DNA of 64,000 bases, from contig JARGGI010000003.1 in assembly GCA_029210775.1 (NCBI GenBank), positions 4,512-68,511 of the forward strand, read 5' to 3'. Positions 29,070-40,196 of this stretch are shown here, piece by piece (positions within the stretch are counted from its first letter, which is position 1; each line of letters opens with the position of its first letter). Origin of the DNA: Patescibacteria group bacterium (GTDB lineage: Bacteria; Patescibacteriota; Minisyncoccia; JAHIHE01; JAGLIN01). The notes under the pieces were generated by a model. It was given only the letters and a program-made list of their open reading frames with translations, was not told where the DNA came from and ran no database searches. The translations under genes were made by a program, and so were the position numbers.

Positions 29070-29648
29070 TTATTCAAATTCAATAACACTTTTTTTCTTT
29101 AATTCAAAAAAACACCTTGCACAAGCTTTAACATCAACTAACGCATCATGTGCATCTTCAAAATCATTTCCAAATAATTTATTATGAAGTTCAGATAGAG
29201 TTGGCCACTTAAAACCATACGCTCCAGGAATTTGACAAAATTCTGTGGCAATCTCTTTCGTACAAATTTTTTTTGGTTGAAATAAACTGTTTGATATTTT
29301 TTTTCGAATAAATTCTGCTTCAATTATTTTTTCATCAAAACTCATATTATGAGCAACTAAATACTTTGATTTATTTGTCATTTCGAGATACTTTAACAGT
29401 ATTTTTTTCAAATCAACGCCTTTTTTCAGTGCAATCTGAGTTGTGATGCCATGAATTTTGGATGATTCTTCTGGAATAATAAATCCCTCAGGCTTAATAA
29501 TTTTACTCTCACTTGAAATTTCATTTCCATTTTCATCCAAATAGATCCAAGCGATTTGCACTAACCTTGGCCAATTTTCTAAATCTTTTGCAGGCACATC
29601 CCATTTTTTAGGAAGTCCTGTCGTTTCGGTATCAAAAAATAAATACAT
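29070..29648 (-). CDS. DEDDh 3'-5' exonuclease (DnaQ-like)
   Basis: FDTETTG, AHNMSFD, AHDALVDV. Confidence 0.9.
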   Translation of the reverse strand: MYLFFDTETTGLPKKWDVPAKDLENWPRLVQIAWIYLDENGNEISSESKIIKPEGFIIPEESSKIHGITTQIALKKGVDLKKILLKYLEMTNKSKYLVAHNMSFDEKIIEAEFIRKKISNSLFQPKKICTKEIATEFCQIPGAYGFKWPTLSELHNKLFGNDFEDAHDALVDVKACARCFFELKKKSVIEFE

Positions 29649-29670
29649 AATATATTATCAATTATTTATA

Positions 29671-32600
29671 TTAAATGTTTCCGTTCAATAAATCTTCTTC
29701 AAATTTTTTAATTCCCTTAATGTCTTTTGAATATGATTCAATATTTGGAAAATCAAGACTTTGTATTTTTTTATAAACAATTTGAATTAATTTACTTAAA
29801 CGCTTTACATCTTTGTCTTGAATTAAAAGCGAAAGCACAACAAGATTTTTTCCGTCTGGCTTGATAAATTCTAAATTTCCCATATTAACAGTAAATTTTC
29901 CGCCAAATTCTCTGGAATTTTCAACTAATAATTTATAAAAAATAAGCTGATTATGATAGTCCCAACTATTAATTTTTTTATGTTCCTCTCTTACATCCCA
30001 ACTATTAAATGGTTTTCCAGTTTTATAATCAAATACATCAATAACTTTCTCTCTTTTATTAATATGAATTCTATCCAATTTGCCAGTTATATCTATGCCT
30101 CCAACATTAACCCCCTGAGATTTAAAGTCAAATTCTGTAATATCATTTATATCAAATAAATTTTTTTTCTTTTCATAATAAAAACTAAGTTCATCTCTTC
30201 CACGTTCAATCATTTCCTTAAAATCTTCTTTATTCAATCTTTGTTTTTTTAAAGAATCTTCAAAAACCTTAATAAATAATTCCTTTTTGGGAATACTTTT
30301 TTTTTGTTTAAATTCTGAATAAAAGATATTAAAAGTATTATGAATAGCAGATCCGTATGCACTATTTTTATTTTGCGCTTGAGGAAATCTTAAAAGTTGT
30401 TTTTCTAAAAATTCCTGCGGACCTCTTTTTGCAACATCAAGAAAACTGTTTAAATGAGTTACGCTTAATTTATAATTCTTTAAACGATTTCGAAGCAAGA
30501 CTTCTTTGTCAACATTTCCAACTATATGATTGTTAATTTCTAATTTCAATTCAATAAGATTTTCAAGTTTTTCTTTTTTTATAAATTCCTGCTTTTCATT
30601 ATTTATTATTTCTATATCTTTTTTTTCTCTTTCTCCTTCATTTTTTTCATTAGTAAAATTCAAAAATCGTAACTTAATCTTTTCTTTTCCCTTGCTATCA
30701 TATTTAACATTTGTTAAATATAAATTTCTCTTAGCTCGCGTAATTGCGACATAAAAAAGTCTTAACTTGTCTTCAATACTATCTTTTTGCGCGGCAAGGT
30801 CAATATTAGATGAAAAATTCAAACGACCACTATTATTCTTCATCCAATGATTTTCACTACAATCAACCAAAAAAACAGTATCAAATTCAAGTCCCTTGGC
30901 TCCATAGGCAGTAATGAGATTTACTGACTCATTTTCATCTGAAAATTCGCTTATAATATTCAATGCAATACGATGAGTTTGATGTAAGCCAACAAAACTT
31001 ACGACATCACTAACACTCAAGGTCTTATGCCCTTTGTATTTCCTGACAGAATCAATAAACGAATGCAAACCAACAAGATAATCAAGATAAACAGACCTCT
31101 CAGAATCAAATTTTTTCTTTGAAAAATAATATTCTTTATAAGAACTCAAAAACTCACACTCTTTCATTTTTTTTGTTCCAGTTATAACATCAATTACTTC
31201 TTCAGCAGTAAAGTCATTTGACCTATTTCCAAGCATGATTAAAAACTTGGCAATATTCCTAATGTGCTCATCTTCATGTTCAATCATTATTTCTAACCAT
31301 CGTTTCTTTTCTTTATAGGCTTTAATTGAGATTCTCCATACGACAATTGAATCAATTTGTAAAAAAGAAAAACTTAATATTGTCGGAAGAAATTCATCTG
31401 CTTCTTTTTCACCAACTTTATTAAGAGTATTAATAAAATTAAAAATTGTTATTATTTCCTTAATTTGCCTGTCTTCAAAAACATCTTTCTTTTTTTCATA
31501 AGAAACTGGTATATTAAAAAAATCAAGAACTTTCGCAAACTCTTGAAGAGTTCTGTGTTTTGGGGAAATAACTGCAATATCTTCGGGTCTGCACTTATCT
31601 TGCTCAATTTTCCTTTTAATTTCCTTCGCAATCCAGACCATTTCATAGAAATCTGTATCAAACTGCTTGAGCAATATATTTCCTTTCTCAATTGATACAT
31701 TTCCACTTATAAGCTTTTTTGTTACTTCTTTAATTTTATTTTCAAGTCTTTGCTCACCAATAAGAATGGTTTGCCTCGCAAGATCAAGAATTTCTTGTGT
31801 TGATCTATAATTTTTTTTCAAAACAACAAGTCTCAAATCTTTATACTTATTTATAAAATTCATAATATTTCCAACATTTGCACCTTGAAATTTATAAATT
31901 GCCTGATCATCGTCACCTACAGCAAGTATATTTGGATTATTATCATTTACTTCCAAATCAATAATATTATCAAGCAATCTATTTTGAACATCATTTGTAT
32001 CTTGAAATTCATCAACAAGAATATATTGATATTTTTCCGCAACATTATATCGCAATTCAGGATTTTTTTCCAAAACTTTCACGGTGTCCAAAAGCATATC
32101 AGAAAAATCATAATATCCCCTTTCCTTTAATTTCTTTTGATATTTTTTATATATATCTGCGAGTTCAATCTGTTTTTCAATTTGATGATAATCTTTCAAA
32201 ATTCTTTTTTTATCCTTATCATTTATTGTAAAATTCATTTTCCATTGAGATAGATATTTTGTTTTTCCTTCATTAATTGATTTTTCAATTGCCTCAGTAA
32301 GAGTTGAAACAATTAATTCTTTTTCACTTTTAAATTTTATTATACTTTTTCTCTTTTCAAAGTTTACATTTTCTAATTCTTCTATGATGTTTTTAAACTC
32401 AGGCAGTTTTTTTGTGGAAATGGTTTGTGAGAAATATCTATTAATAATTTCTTCCGAATTTTCAAAAAAACTTTTATTTTCAAAAACAATTTCAAGAAAC
32501 TCATCAGGACTCAGAGCCTTTTTCAAATCACCTATTCTGCTTATTATATCCTTCATGTATGTATATCCCTGCTCTGGATTATATGACCGCAAAAGACTAT

Positions 32601-33000
32601 TATGCTTCATTTTTTTTAATATTTCTTCAATAATTTCAACCTGTGCCAAATCGTCCGCTGGATTATATATTGCTCCTTGATAAAAATATTCTGGATTTTG
32701 GTTAATTATTTCACTACCGAAACTATGAAATGTATGAATTGCAACTCTATAAGCATCTTGACCAATTATATCAGATAACCTATTCCTCATATTCGTAGCA
32801 GCTGACTCTGTGAAAGTCAAACAAAGAATACTATTTGGAAAAATATCTGTTTTTTGTAGAATATTTGCCACACGCAAACTCAGAAGCTCAGTTTTGCCAC
32901 TTCCAGGCCCTGCCACAACAAGCATCGGACCGTCAATGTAATCAACAGCTTCTTTCTGTTCTTTATTAAGCTTTTTATATCTTTCTTCAAATATTGACAT
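29671..33000 (-). CDS. UvrD/PcrA-type helicase with C-terminal PD-(D/E)XK nuclease
   Basis: AGPGSGKT, VDEFQD, VGDDDQAIY, NYRS, RLFYVAITRAK; GKLDRI...DYKTGK. Confidence 0.92.
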   Translation of the reverse strand: MSIFEERYKKLNKEQKEAVDYIDGPMLVVAGPGSGKTELLSLRVANILQKTDIFPNSILCLTFTESAATNMRNRLSDIIGQDAYRVAIHTFHSFGSEIINQNPEYFYQGAIYNPADDLAQVEIIEEILKKMKHNSLLRSYNPEQGYTYMKDIISRIGDLKKALSPDEFLEIVFENKSFFENSEEIINRYFSQTISTKKLPEFKNIIEELENVNFEKRKSIIKFKSEKELIVSTLTEAIEKSINEGKTKYLSQWKMNFTINDKDKKRILKDYHQIEKQIELADIYKKYQKKLKERGYYDFSDMLLDTVKVLEKNPELRYNVAEKYQYILVDEFQDTNDVQNRLLDNIIDLEVNDNNPNILAVGDDDQAIYKFQGANVGNIMNFINKYKDLRLVVLKKNYRSTQEILDLARQTILIGEQRLENKIKEVTKKLISGNVSIEKGNILLKQFDTDFYEMVWIAKEIKRKIEQDKCRPEDIAVISPKHRTLQEFAKVLDFFNIPVSYEKKKDVFEDRQIKEIITIFNFINTLNKVGEKEADEFLPTILSFSFLQIDSIVVWRISIKAYKEKKRWLEIMIEHEDEHIRNIAKFLIMLGNRSNDFTAEEVIDVITGTKKMKECEFLSSYKEYYFSKKKFDSERSVYLDYLVGLHSFIDSVRKYKGHKTLSVSDVVSFVGLHQTHRIALNIISEFSDENESVNLITAYGAKGLEFDTVFLVDCSENHWMKNNSGRLNFSSNIDLAAQKDSIEDKLRLFYVAITRAKRNLYLTNVKYDSKGKEKIKLRFLNFTNEKNEGEREKKDIEIINNEKQEFIKKEKLENLIELKLEINNHIVGNVDKEVLLRNRLKNYKLSVTHLNSFLDVAKRGPQEFLEKQLLRFPQAQNKNSAYGSAIHNTFNIFYSEFKQKKSIPKKELFIKVFEDSLKKQRLNKEDFKEMIERGRDELSFYYEKKKNLFDINDITEFDFKSQGVNVGGIDITGKLDRIHINKREKVIDVFDYKTGKPFNSWDVREEHKKINSWDYHNQLIFYKLLVENSREFGGKFTVNMGNLEFIKPDGKNLVVLSLLIQDKDVKRLSKLIQIVYKKIQSLDFPNIESYSKDIKGIKKFEEDLLNGNI

Positions 33001-33074
33001 AAATAAAAAACAATAAAAAATTAGTTTTTACATCTATATTATAACAAGAAATCAAAATTTATGCACGATAATTC

Positions 33075-33105
33075 AAAATTAAGGAGGTTCAACCTCCTTA
33101 ATTTT
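33075..33105. repeat. perfect palindrome (REP-like)
   Basis: AAAATTAAGGAGGTT-C-AACCTCCTTAATTTT, 15-bp arms. Confidence 0.7.
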
Positions 33106-33240
33106 AACTTTCATAATTTTCAAAAGAACAACATTAACACAATATTCTTAAGTCGGCATATGCAAGTGAATTTTTTATTAAAATCGAAAAAAGTTCCATT
33201 TATGAAACTAAAGTCCACGATTAGAAAAAATAGAAAATGT

Positions 33241-35004
33241 TTAGTCTGATATAAATCCGCCAGCTTGAAGCTCCCAGAGTTTTTTATATTGTCCATTTTT
33301 TTTCTCAAGCAATTCTCGATGTGTTCCATCCTCAAGAATTCTTCCTTCATCAATAAAAACAATCCTGTCCATTTTAACAATTGTGGAAAGTCTGTGAGCA
33401 ATAACAATTACTGTTTTTTCTTTCATCAGCCTATTAAGTGCATCTTGAATGAGGCTTTCAGAATGTGAATCAAGACTTGAGGTTGCTTCATCTAAAATCA
33501 AAATAGGTGCGTTTCTCAGAATCGCTCTTGCAATCGCGACTCTTTGTCTTTCTCCACCTGAAAGTTTCACTCCTCGTTCTCCAACATAAGTATTATATTT
33601 TTCTGACAAATTATCAATAAATTCATGACAGTGAGCAAGTTTGGAAGCCTTAATCACTTCTTCGTCTGACGCAGCAAATTTTCCATAACGAATATTTTCC
33701 ATCAAACTTCTGTGAAACAGAATTGGATCTTGTGGAACAAGACTTATATTTTCCCAAAGACTTTCTTGAGTGACTTTTGAAATATCTTGTCCGTCAATCA
33801 AAATTTTTCCACCAAAAACATCAAAATTGCGAAGTAAAAGTTTTACAACTGTCGTTTTTCCAGCTCCAGAGGGACCAATTAATCCAACTCTTTGACAACC
33901 GTTAATAGTTAAATTAAATTTTTCAAAAACTTTTCTTGTTTTATGATAATAAAAACTAACATTTTGAAATTCAATTTTACCTTTTTTAATTATGAGCTTT
34001 TTTGCTCTTAAATTATCCTCAATCTCATGTGGAGTGTTAAATATAGCAGTCATTTCTTCAGCATCCGCCAAATCCTGATAAGTCCTTCTTATCATCTTAC
34101 CAAAATTCCAAATATGCATAATAATAATTAATACATATGATTGCAACAATACAAAATCACCCAAAGTAAATAAATCCTTCTTCCATAGTTTTATGCCAAC
34201 ATAAAAAATTCCAACTTCTAGAATAATCATAATTAACGATTGAATAGCTTCAAATATATTATCTAAATTAAAAGCATATTCTGTAAGATTGCGAACTTTT
34301 TCATTAAGTTTAAAAAATCCGTTTACCTCTTTCTTATAACCGCAAAAAAGCTTAATATTTGAATTATTAGTTATTGTGTCGGAGAGAAATCCCGTTGCTC
34401 TGGTTTGAGCCGCAGATCTCTTTATATCAAATTTCATCTTATACATAGCCATTGACCAGTTTACTGTCATAAATATGGAAAGCCAAACAATAATTATTAT
34501 ACCTAGAAGATAATTACTCCAAAAAAGAACGGTAATTATAATTATAACTTTCACTATAAGTGGTATAAAATCCCACAGAGTTCGGTCAAGAATATCTCGG
34601 AATGAGTTTGTAAAATAACCCACTCTCTTTACCAACGAGCCCACAAAATTATTATTAAAATATGAGAATGAATGCTTATGAAGATACTTAAAACATGTGT
34701 TTTGTATGTCAGTAAAAAGTTGCACGTAAAAATGAGTCGTCGCAAAAGTAGCAACCCTCCAGGCAATCCATCCCACAAAATTAACGATCAATATTGCTAT
34801 TAAAATATCAACTAGTTTACTAGAAACTATCTCTTTTGATTGTTCACTCCCCAAAACATCAAAAAAATTTTTATAATATAAGGGCAGGATAACATCTATC
34901 GCAGAACCAGCCACAATAAAAAAAGTTACTATCAATCCTGATAATTTATATTTTACAACATGACTCCAATATATTTTAAGAGTTCTTTTTGTATTATTTT
35001 TCAT
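33241..35004 (-). CDS. ABC exporter, fused permease/ATPase
   Basis: 6 TM helices, GPSGAGKTT, LSGGERQR, ILDEATS, IAHRLST. Confidence 0.95.
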   Translation of the reverse strand: MKNNTKRTLKIYWSHVVKYKLSGLIVTFFIVAGSAIDVILPLYYKNFFDVLGSEQSKEIVSSKLVDILIAILIVNFVGWIAWRVATFATTHFYVQLFTDIQNTCFKYLHKHSFSYFNNNFVGSLVKRVGYFTNSFRDILDRTLWDFIPLIVKVIIIITVLFWSNYLLGIIIIVWLSIFMTVNWSMAMYKMKFDIKRSAAQTRATGFLSDTITNNSNIKLFCGYKKEVNGFFKLNEKVRNLTEYAFNLDNIFEAIQSLIMIILEVGIFYVGIKLWKKDLFTLGDFVLLQSYVLIIIMHIWNFGKMIRRTYQDLADAEEMTAIFNTPHEIEDNLRAKKLIIKKGKIEFQNVSFYYHKTRKVFEKFNLTINGCQRVGLIGPSGAGKTTVVKLLLRNFDVFGGKILIDGQDISKVTQESLWENISLVPQDPILFHRSLMENIRYGKFAASDEEVIKASKLAHCHEFIDNLSEKYNTYVGERGVKLSGGERQRVAIARAILRNAPILILDEATSSLDSHSESLIQDALNRLMKEKTVIVIAHRLSTIVKMDRIVFIDEGRILEDGTHRELLEKKNGQYKKLWELQAGGFISD

Positions 35005-35240
35005 AAATATTAATCAACCTTAGAATCAAAGTTACTTTGTTTTAAAAATTAATTTTACAAAATAAATAATTTGAAAAACAAAAATAGCCAATTGACGACC
35101 TTAAAGCACTTAGAACGCTATAAAATTGTCGTTTTTTCTATATATAAATAAACGAATTTAATTGATATTTGTTACCACAAGCCGTAAAGCATCGTTCAAA
35201 ACAACCAATTTAAACATAAAATCATTCATTTTTCCAACAC

Positions 35241-35264
35241 AAAACCCCGAAAAATCGGGGTTTT
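35241..35264 (-). terminator. terminator after the cold-shock gene
   Basis: AAAACCCCGA-AAAA-TCGGGGTTTT. Confidence 0.75.
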
Positions 35265-35286
35265 ATTCTTCAAAAAGACTTGTGTA

Positions 35287-35484
35287 TTATGCACGTGACA
35301 CATTTGTCGCGTTTAGACCCTTCGGAGATTCTGTTACTTCAAAAGTAACTTCATCACCTTCTCTAAGCTCATCATAAGTTACACCAACAAGTTCATTTGA
35401 GTGAAAGAATAAATCTTTTCCTCCATCACCTTGTTCGATGAATCCAAATCCCTTATCTGTAAGTTTTTTTATTTTACCATTCAT
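35287..35484 (-). CDS. cold-shock domain protein
   Basis: KGFGFI (RNP1), LFFH (RNP2), KGLNATNV; ATG 35484. Confidence 0.95.
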   Translation of the reverse strand: MNGKIKKLTDKGFGFIEQGDGGKDLFFHSNELVGVTYDELREGDEVTFEVTESPKGLNATNVSRA

Positions 35485-35667
35485 AAATACTAAATAAAAA
35501 AGCGAATTAAATTGCAAGACCTAATGCTTTGCAGAATTCGACTTATGTTCTACTTTATAACGCACAGCTTACTTTATCAGGATAGCATAAATAACAATTA
35601 GTGTCAATACTGTATTTTTCTAACTTAAAAATCAAAAAATGTGTTCAGAAAAGTGAACAAGTAATCT

Positions 35668-36903
35668 TTATTTTACAACATTTTCCCCTGCAACAAAGCC
35701 CGTACTCCAGCACAGTTGCAAATTATATCCACCTGTAGGACCATCAAGATCAAGAATTTCCCCTGCAAAGTATAAATTATCAATTAAAGTCGATTTCATT
35801 GTTAAAGGATCAATCTCGCGCAAATCAACACCACCAGAAGTGGCAATTGCCCTTTCATATCCTTTTAAACTTTTAAACTCCAAACTAAATTCTTTTATAA
35901 GGTGTAGCAGTTTTTTTCTCTCCTCTTTCGTTACAAGATTTACTTTCTTTTTCGAATCAATCCCTGAAAGTTTAATCATAACAGGAATAAGTTTTTGCGG
36001 TAAAAGCCTATCAAGACTATTTCGAAATATCTTATTATTCCCTACTCGAAAATCTTTTTGAATTCGTAAATCAAGCTTTGCAAAATCTAATGCTGGTTTG
36101 AAATCAATTTGAATCTTCATTTGCACAGAAAGGTGCTTTCCAATTTCATTACTCAAATCAAGAATAACTGGACCACTTATTCCATCTGCAGTGAATATTG
36201 CTTCTCCAAATCTTGAATTAATTTTCTTATTATTTTTATATATACTAATCTCAATGTTTTTCAAACTTAATCCTTCAAGCTCTTTTACAATTTCCTCTTT
36301 GACAACAATTGGAGTAAGCGATGGAGAAAGGCTTGTGATTGTGTGTCCCAATTTTGTAAGCCAATTATATCCATCTCCAGAAGATCCTGTGCCTGGATAT
36401 GACTTTCCGCCAGTACAAATCACAAATTTATCTGCAAATATTTCCTCACCACTTACAAGAACAACTTTTTCAATTCTATTTCCACTTTTTATAATATCTT
36501 TAACTGGCATGCTTGTCCTGAGAGCAACCTGAGATTTTTTCAAATAACCAATCAAAGAATCAAGCACATCTTTTGACTGATCACTAACAGGAAAAACGCG
36601 ATTTCCTCTTTCAATTTTTGTTTTAACTCCGCGTGATTCAAAAAAATTAATCGTATCCTCAACTCCAAATTTATAAAACGATGAAAAAAGAAATTTTCCA
36701 TTTTTTCCAAACTTGCTCGTAATCTCTTTCAAATCATCTATCTTGTTTGTAATATTACATCGCCCCTTTCCTGTAATTAAAAGTTTTACTCCGAGGTATC
36801 GATTTTTTTCAAGCAAAAGCACGCGAGAACCAAGCTCACTAGCTCTTCCTGCGCACATCATTCCTGCAGGACCTCCACCAATTACTACCACATCATATTT
36901 CAT
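35668..36903 (-). CDS. HI0933/YhiN family flavoprotein
   Basis: GGGPAG, TGKGRCNITN, GGKSYPGTGSSGDGY, DGPTGGYNLQ. Confidence 0.93.
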   Translation of the reverse strand: MKYDVVVIGGGPAGMMCAGRASELGSRVLLLEKNRYLGVKLLITGKGRCNITNKIDDLKEITSKFGKNGKFLFSSFYKFGVEDTINFFESRGVKTKIERGNRVFPVSDQSKDVLDSLIGYLKKSQVALRTSMPVKDIIKSGNRIEKVVLVSGEEIFADKFVICTGGKSYPGTGSSGDGYNWLTKLGHTITSLSPSLTPIVVKEEIVKELEGLSLKNIEISIYKNNKKINSRFGEAIFTADGISGPVILDLSNEIGKHLSVQMKIQIDFKPALDFAKLDLRIQKDFRVGNNKIFRNSLDRLLPQKLIPVMIKLSGIDSKKKVNLVTKEERKKLLHLIKEFSLEFKSLKGYERAIATSGGVDLREIDPLTMKSTLIDNLYFAGEILDLDGPTGGYNLQLCWSTGFVAGENVVK

Positions 36904-36934
36904 AGAGATATTTTCATATAATAGATTAAGACAA

Positions 36935-38272
36935 CTATACCTCTTTCAACAGCCTAAAGCTTTTCCGAAAAATATAAAAAGTGATGATTGCTGATAATAT
37001 GTCAGCAACTGGAAAAGCAATATATATTCCATTTAAACCCCAAAACATCGGAAGAATTAACAAAAGTGGAATGAATAAAAATACTTGCCTAAGCATTGAA
37101 ACGAATAAAGCTTGTTTTGACTTTCCCAATGCTTGATAATAACCTCCAACTACTGTTTGAAATCCAACAAAAGGAACACCGATAACAATTATTCTCAAAA
37201 TATTTTTACTGCTTTCAACCAACAACTTGTCAGAAGAAAAGATTGCAACAAGAAAATCTGGAAAAACCAAAATTATGATAAATGCGATTATTGATATGAC
37301 TGTTGCAACTTTAATAGCAAGTGTTGTTGCTCTTCGTGTGCGTTCATATTTTTGAGCACCATAGTTCGCGCCGATAATTGGCATAAGACCTTGTACTAAT
37401 CCAACAATAGGCATAAACACCATCATCAAAATTCTCATAATAATTCCAAACGCTGCAATTACAATATCTGATGAATAAATTGAAAGTGATTTATTCAAAA
37501 GTAGCATCATTACACTTGATGAAGCTTGTCTTACAAAAGATGAAAGTCCAATTAATAAACCTTCCTTTGCGATAATTATATTCAATTTTAAATCGCTTAA
37601 TTTTATTTTTATATGATTATCTTTTCCAAGAAGTATTTTAAAAACATATATAACTCCGACAATCCAAGATATAACTGTTGCCCACGCCGCACCTTTAATT
37701 CCCATATCCAATTCAAAAATAAAAATATAATCAAGAACAATATTCAACAGTGAACTTATAATCATTGCTTGCATTGCTTTATTTGCATCACCAGTTGATC
37801 TGATAATATTATTACCTCCAGCGAGAAAGATAAAAAAGATTGTGCCAAAAATAATTATACTTGCATAGTCTTTCGCAAATGGAAAAACACTACTACTTGC
37901 TCCTAAGGTTTTTAGTAAAGGTATAAATAATACAGCCCCAAAGATAGTCATTGTAATTCCAAACAAAAATGATACTGTCAGGAAATTTCCAAATGATTTT
38001 TCAGCTCTTTGACAATCACGAGAACCAATACTTCTTGAAATAATTGACGAAAAACCGACCCCTAACATCTGTGCGACCGAACCAATTACAATAACTAAAG
38101 GGAAACAAATTGCCACACCAGCCAATCCCAACGTTCCAACTCCTTTGCCAATAAAAATTGTATCAACAACATTATATAAAGTCATTACCAACATTCCAAC
38201 AGCAGCAGGCACAGATTGCTGAAATAATAACTTTGGAATTTTTTGTTCAATTAATTTTTTACTTCTTTGCAT
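36935..38272 (-). CDS. MATE family efflux transporter (MepA-like)
   Basis: YNVVDTIFIG, NIVLDYIFI, GIKGAAWAT; 12 TM helices. Confidence 0.92.
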   Translation of the reverse strand: MQRSKKLIEQKIPKLLFQQSVPAAVGMLVMTLYNVVDTIFIGKGVGTLGLAGVAICFPLVIVIGSVAQMLGVGFSSIISRSIGSRDCQRAEKSFGNFLTVSFLFGITMTIFGAVLFIPLLKTLGASSSVFPFAKDYASIIIFGTIFFIFLAGGNNIIRSTGDANKAMQAMIISSLLNIVLDYIFIFELDMGIKGAAWATVISWIVGVIYVFKILLGKDNHIKIKLSDLKLNIIIAKEGLLIGLSSFVRQASSSVMMLLLNKSLSIYSSDIVIAAFGIIMRILMMVFMPIVGLVQGLMPIIGANYGAQKYERTRRATTLAIKVATVISIIAFIIILVFPDFLVAIFSSDKLLVESSKNILRIIVIGVPFVGFQTVVGGYYQALGKSKQALFVSMLRQVFLFIPLLLILPMFWGLNGIYIAFPVADILSAIITFYIFRKSFRLLKEV

Positions 38273-38516
38273 TTTTTTGTATTTTATTATTTTTTTTATC
38301 GTTCTACTTTTAATAAATTAAAGTCTATCATAGATAATTTATGCCAAAGTATTTTATATGTTATAAGCGATTTTTTTAAAATTATCATCTATCAAATATG
38401 ATTAAATTTATTTATAAAGCATTTTTATAAATTCACAAACATAATCGCCATGTTTTCATCTTCGATAAATCCATTCTGAAGATTAAAATATATATCAAAA
38501 AAATATATGATAATAT

Positions 38517-39326
38517 TTATTTTGCAATTATAAAATCTTCGCCAATATGTTTAAAGATATGTTGCGAGTATTTGGGATGAGAATTTCTTTCTCTTAATAA
38601 TCTTTCATATTCTTTTTTGACATCGTCGCGAGGAGGAGCTTGCAAACCTTTTAGCTCTGCAAAAATCAAGGGATTTTCCACAGCTGCCCTGCCAATCATA
38701 ACGCCTTTACAATATTTTAAACTTTCAACATCTTCTTTGGTCTTGATATCACCATTAGCGATAATATTTTTTCCAGTTTTTACACACTCAGAAAACACAC
38801 TCCAATCTGGTTTATCAGCATATGTTTCTTTGCCGTGTCTGGCATGCACAACGAAAAAATCAGCATCAACATTTTCGATCAAATTCAAATATACCTTATT
38901 ATTCTTTTCGAATTGATTCATTCCCAAACGCATCTTGATATTCGCCCCATAACCAAAACTCCTAATCGTCTCAATCATTCTTTTTACCTTTGAAACTCTT
39001 TTCATCAAAGCGCACCCCAAACCAGCCTTTACAACTTCAGGATCAGGACATCCGAGATTTAAATTAAATCCCTGGAAGCCTCGAGAAGGCCTGAAATCCT
39101 TCAAAAACTTTTCCAACAACGGTTCGCGTTGTCCAATAATCTGAATCATACAAGGAGTATCATCAAAAATCTTAATCTTGTTCATCGTAAAAGGATTTTT
39201 TTTCGCCAACGCCTGAAAACTAACTTTCTCCGTAAAAGTCATATCAGCCCCACGACATATTGTTCGAAAACAAGAATCTGTCATATTTTCAATTGGAGCC
39301 AGCATGTAATAAAATCTATCTTCCAT
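38517..39326 (-). CDS. tRNA-dihydrouridine synthase family protein
   Basis: LAPIE, NLNLGCP, KMRLG, VHAR, IANGDI, GVMIGR. Confidence 0.9.
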   Translation of the reverse strand: MEDRFYYMLAPIENMTDSCFRTICRGADMTFTEKVSFQALAKKNPFTMNKIKIFDDTPCMIQIIGQREPLLEKFLKDFRPSRGFQGFNLNLGCPDPEVVKAGLGCALMKRVSKVKRMIETIRSFGYGANIKMRLGMNQFEKNNKVYLNLIENVDADFFVVHARHGKETYADKPDWSVFSECVKTGKNIIANGDIKTKEDVESLKYCKGVMIGRAAVENPLIFAELKGLQAPPRDDVKKEYERLLRERNSHPKYSQHIFKHIGEDFIIAK

Positions 39327-39447
39327 ATATTTTATATATTATTTATAAATATATATTATCAAAGATAATTTAAGTTTTGGAAATTTATTATTCTTTGATT
39401 TAAAAATAACCCATTAAAAACGGGTTATTTAAATATTTTTCAAAAAC

Positions 39448-39573
39448 CTATTTCTTCTTGTTTCTTTTTTTGGCTTTTTTTTCAAGCATTAACCTTTTAA
39501 TTTCAAGCCGTTTTGCGGTTTTGTGAGAAGTCGATTTTTTACCTTTCCCAACACCTGTTCTTCTTTTTGCCAT
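39448..39573 (-). CDS. small basic protein (41 aa)
   Basis: MAKRRTGVGKGKKSTSHKTAKRLEIKRLMLEKKAKKRNKKK; followed by a terminator-like hairpin at about 39404-39430. Confidence 0.65.
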   Translation of the reverse strand: MAKRRTGVGKGKKSTSHKTAKRLEIKRLMLEKKAKKRNKKK

Positions 39574-39639
39574 AAAAATATATTATTAATATTAGTAATT
39601 TCTATATAAAAATAACACGCTCTTAAAAATAATGCAATA

Positions 39640-40023
39640 CTAAAAAATATAGCCCAAAAATTGTAAAAGAGCTAAATCAAGATCTTTTATAGCTTTTGGT
39701 TTCTCTGAAAAAGACGACCAAGCTCCATAAGCACTAAATATATATTTGCAATCTGGCAATAACAACGAGTCATTTGTTATGCAAACTACAGGTAAATAAC
39801 GATCTGGATCAGATATAACCTCTTCTGCAACATGATAATTAGTTAATATGTTTAACTCATCAATAAACACACCCGAGCCAGTCGCAATATATTCCGATCT
39901 ATTTGTATCCCAAATTTTAACCTGCACTATTGACTTTATATTAGAATCGTCAATTTTAGCTGATGTAATTGTGGGAAGAAAAACAAAAATAATTGATAAA
40001 AATAGTAAGTTAATTTTTTTCAT
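39640..40023 (-). pseudogene. secreted trypsin-like serine protease, truncated
   Basis: Signal peptide, TGSGVFI, LTNYHV, DLALL; ends before the catalytic GxSG. Confidence 0.65.
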
Positions 40024-40196
40024 GATATTAAAGTTAATTTATTATTTTACTGGCAGAAAATCACAAAGCCCCATGCCAGCTAGACCTGATAGCGTATACT
40101 ATTAGTGTGTAATTTCAAAAGCAGGTTGATTGTTGTAAAATAGATTAGGAAGATAAAATCTTAATCTATATATTTAAACAACTAACAACCAGCTCT

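Noticed and set aside
33061-33407. ORFs 33061..33249 (+) and 33120..33407 (-)
   Set aside because: They overlap a palindrome and the ABC gene end, with no SD or recognisable motif.
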